From positions 192,001 to 256,000 of the forward strand of contig OZ244252.1 of assembly GCA_965217185.1 (NCBI GenBank): 64,000 bases of DNA, read 5' to 3'. How positions within the stretch are numbered: position 1 is the stretch's first letter; every line of letters starts with the position of its first letter. This stretch comes from an uncultured Candidatus Entotheonella sp. (GTDB lineage: Bacteria; Tectomicrobia; Entotheonellia; Entotheonellales; Entotheonellaceae). The position numbers and the translations under genes are program-made. Below the pieces are notes generated by a model that did not search any database, was not told where the DNA came from, and worked only from the letters and a program-made list of their open reading frames with translations. Shown in pieces: positions 61,256 to 64,000 of this stretch.

Positions 61256-62398
61256 CTACGCGACGACTTCGTCGGGCAGATTGATGCCGTAGAGGTTGAG
61301 AACGTTCCGGCTGGTCATTTTTTCCTTCTCGTCCTCGGGGACACCATCGAAAATGCGATCCAGCACCGACATGGAATGCGGCCAGATGGAGTCGTGGTGC
61401 GGGTAGTCATTACCCCAGATGAGGTTGTCCACGCCAATCAGGTGGCGGGTCAGCACGCCGGCCACGTCGTCCTCAAACGTGGCATAGAACTGGCGCCGGA
61501 AATAGTCGCTGGGTTCCATCGTGAGGTCGGGAGACGCTTCCGAGCGGGTGCGGTAGGTGGCGTGGTCGAGGCGCTGCAGGACGTGCGCCAGCCAGCCGGT
61601 CTCGAATTCGCAGCACACGAAGCGCAGCTTGGGATGATGCTCGGCAACGCCGCCGCAAATCAGTTGCGCCATGGTGGCGACCATACCGCCGTGCGTCATG
61701 GTGTAGCCAATGATGCTGCGTCCGGGGTTTCCCCAGTGCGCCGGCAGGCCCATATCCGGCGTGCTGCCGCAGAAGATGTGCATGGAGACGGGCAGGTTGA
61801 CTTCTTCCGCCGCTTCCCAGAAGGGCTCGAAATCCGGGTGGTTATAGGGCTTGTCGAGCGGCGCCGTGCAGGGGATGGCCACGCCGCGGATGCCCATCTT
61901 GGCAACGCGGTGCAATTCGGCGATGGCTTCTTCGACGTCGGGCAGGGGCAGGCAGGCGATGCCGATCAGGCGGTCCGGGGCATGGCTCCCGTACTCATGG
62001 ATCCAGTCGTTGTGCCGCCGGAACACCGCGTGCACCACGTCCCGCTCGGGATAGGCGAACGCCGCCATGTTGACGCTGGGATACATGACCTCGCCGACGA
62101 TGCCGTCGACCGCTTGTTCCTCAAGACGGGCTGCCGGATTGTGGACGCCCGGGTTCAGGCCGTCGTAGCCGCGTTCCATGAGCTCATGCGTCTTGGGGTC
62201 ATCGAGGCGATTGCCGGCGATGCCGAGGCGGCCGATGTTCATGAGCGTCTCGCCATAGGCCACGTAAGTGCCCTTGCGTCCGTCCGGGTCGTTCACGATA
62301 CGCGGCGCGCGGCTGCCGAAACGTTCTTCCAGGCCGGCAAATACCTCGGGCGGTTCGACGACGTGCGAGTCGCATGAATAATACCTGCTCATGGTCAT
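61256..62398 (-). CDS. amidohydrolase family 2 protein
   Basis: SCDSHVVEP, SMHI, EFETGW, WGNDYPH. Confidence 0.88.
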   Translation of the reverse strand: MTMSRYYSCDSHVVEPPEVFAGLEERFGSRAPRIVNDPDGRKGTYVAYGETLMNIGRLGIAGNRLDDPKTHELMERGYDGLNPGVHNPAARLEEQAVDGIVGEVMYPSVNMAAFAYPERDVVHAVFRRHNDWIHEYGSHAPDRLIGIACLPLPDVEEAIAELHRVAKMGIRGVAIPCTAPLDKPYNHPDFEPFWEAAEEVNLPVSMHIFCGSTPDMGLPAHWGNPGRSIIGYTMTHGGMVATMAQLICGGVAEHHPKLRFVCCEFETGWLAHVLQRLDHATYRTRSEASPDLTMEPSDYFRRQFYATFEDDVAGVLTRHLIGVDNLIWGNDYPHHDSIWPHSMSVLDRIFDGVPEDEKEKMTSRNVLNLYGINLPDEVVA

Positions 62399-62456
62399 GT
62401 CTCCTTTTGGTTATCGGGCCATCGGAACCTCAAAGCGGGGCGCTAGTCTGGTCTTT

Positions 62457-63158
62457 CTACCCCAAAAAATCAAGCAGCCGCCGGGCCGATTCAGGGTCGA
62501 TACGGCGGCTGGCCTCCTTGCGCGCAACCCCCTGCAACTGGTGCCAATGGGCTTGCAGAAAATGCACGGCGCGCGGCCCATCGTGCTTGCTCAACTCCCG
62601 CAGCCACCAGCCGATGGCCTTCTGGACGAACCATTCTGGATCTACGGCGTATCCGGCGGCCCACGTCAGGACGCGCTCGGGGTTGCGGCCGGGCTTCGTG
62701 TACGGCAGGGTGTAGACGAGTGCTGCCCGGCGGCGCCAAACATCGGGGTGCGTCGTCCAGTGTTCCATGTCGTCGAGGACGGCGGGGTCGTCCAGCAGGC
62801 ATTTCCAGGCTGCCGGGGCCAGGACGTCTTCCAGGGCCCAGCCGTCCACATCGTCCAACCAAGCGTCGAGGGTGTGCCAGAGCCGGGGCGAGGCGGGTAT
62901 CTCCCGGCGGCCCAGGATGCGTCCTGCGGCCATCATCAGATCGAAGGTGCCGCTGTCCCACAGTGCCTGAGCCAGTTGCAGCAGCCTCGCCGTCGTGTGC
63001 TGTTTGGCGTGGCGTTTGACCACGCCGTCGAGTTGCGGCATTTTGATACCCCAGTGCGGCCGCACCGATTTGTGGTATTGCCGGTCGCGTTCGGCGCGCG
63101 CCGGGTCCGCAAACGCCCGGACTGCCTTTATGAACTGCGGCGCGGATTCAGGACCCAT
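62457..63158 (-). CDS. AlkD-like DNA alkylation repair protein
   Basis: GIKMPQL, VDGWALED, WRRRAA, WFVQKAIGWWLRELSK. Confidence 0.85.
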   Translation of the reverse strand: MGPESAPQFIKAVRAFADPARAERDRQYHKSVRPHWGIKMPQLDGVVKRHAKQHTTARLLQLAQALWDSGTFDLMMAAGRILGRREIPASPRLWHTLDAWLDDVDGWALEDVLAPAAWKCLLDDPAVLDDMEHWTTHPDVWRRRAALVYTLPYTKPGRNPERVLTWAAGYAVDPEWFVQKAIGWWLRELSKHDGPRAVHFLQAHWHQLQGVARKEASRRIDPESARRLLDFLG

Positions 63159-63211
63159 GGTCTGACGCCTCCACGTAATGCGTAACCCGAGATGATGCAA
63201 GGAGAATTGCG

Positions 63212-64000
63212 GTGTTTGAAACGGCCGAGGTAGGGCACAAAATACGGAAAGCCGAATACGAGACCCTCGTTCCCCAACTCCGGGTTGACCTGGTCAACGC
63301 GCAGTACGACCTGCGCCAGGCGGATTTTCCGGTCATCATCGTCATTGCCGGCAACGACCGGGCGGGGTGCAACGACATTCTGCGCAAGCTGCATGAGGTC
63401 ATGGACGCACGGTTCATGCAGACCAACGCGCTGGGGCTACCGACCGAAGAGGAACTCGAACGCCCGCGTTTCTGGCGCTACTGGCGCCGGCTGCCGCCGC
63501 GCGGGCGCATCGGCATCTTTCTCGGCGCCTGGGTGGGCTCCCTGATCCGGGAGCGTTTCGACAGCACCCTCGCCCCGGTGCAGGTGCGGCAGCAGGTCGA
63601 CCACATCCGGCGTTTTGAAGAACACTTGGTCAACGACGGCGCCCTGCTGCTGAAGTTCTGGCTGCACCTGCCGAAACAGGAACTCAAGAAGCGTCTGAAG
63701 CAGGCCAGGAAACACCCTGAGCGGGGCTGGCAGGTCGATACCGAGGACTGGGAAGTCTACAGCCGCTACGACAAGGTACTGCCCATCGCCGAGCAGGTGG
63801 TGCGCGAGACGAGCACCGGCGAGGCCCCCTGGCACGTCGTGGAAAGTACCGATCCGCATTACCGCAATTTACACATCACCCGCACCATCCTGGAAAGCCT
63901 GACCCGGCGGCTGACGCAGCCGCAGGCCGTGGTTTCGCCGTCCGGCAATGGGCAGGTTGTCAATACGATTACCGAAGATGATCCGACCATTCTCGACACG
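63212..64000 (+). CDS. pap: polyphosphate:AMP phosphotransferase (PPK2 family), partial
   Basis: Hand-translated from GTG 63212: MFETAEVGHKIRKAEYETLVPQLRVDLVNAQYDL...PTEEELERPRFWRYWRRLPPRGRIGIF...KFWLHL; open to the window end. Confidence 0.88.
   Translation, partial: MFETAEVGHKIRKAEYETLVPQLRVDLVNAQYDLRQADFPVIIVIAGNDRAGCNDILRKLHEVMDARFMQTNALGLPTEEELERPRFWRYWRRLPPRGRIGIFLGAWVGSLIRERFDSTLAPVQVRQQVDHIRRFEEHLVNDGALLLKFWLHLPKQELKKRLKQARKHPERGWQVDTEDWEVYSRYDKVLPIAEQVVRETSTGEAPWHVVESTDPHYRNLHITRTILESLTRRLTQPQAVVSPSGNGQVVNTITEDDPTILDT

Overview
GC-rich bacterial chromosomal segment of mostly housekeeping and metabolic genes (aroB/aroQ, hflKC, purQ/purB, serS, gcvH, lnt, pyk, pap, etc.). The gene style is loosely reminiscent of sponge-associated lineages such as Tectomicrobia; this is inference only. 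The accessory content is the interesting part. (1) A decaying type IV pilus pilMNOPQ operon: pilM has an in-frame TAA, pilQ is split by a 187-bp IS630-derived MITE, and pilO and pilP are fused. (2) An ~8.5-kb integrase-less island bounded by an exact 62-bp direct repeat of the pilM 5' end. It carries a three-gene candidate defence module: a 1832-aa nuclease-helicase-methyltransferase (Type ISP-like) with an extra C-terminal domain, an overlapping small Cys/His protein, and a PD-(D/E)xK nuclease broken by two different MITEs stacked at one CTAG. (3) A second integrase-less island (~6.6 kb) bounded by a 53-bp repeat of the 3' end of a ThDP-enzyme gene, carrying a 1667-aa PPC/cadherin repeat protein and type I secretion remnants. 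(4) A DUF1828-like gene split by a third MITE. (5) Unusual proteins: a pseudo-receiver/pyruvate kinase fusion and a 1232-aa repetitive coiled-coil with an OmpA-like domain. (6) An AT-rich intergenic DnaA-box cluster. I saw no rRNA, tRNA or CRISPR array. All family assignments come from motif recognition by eye, not from database searches.
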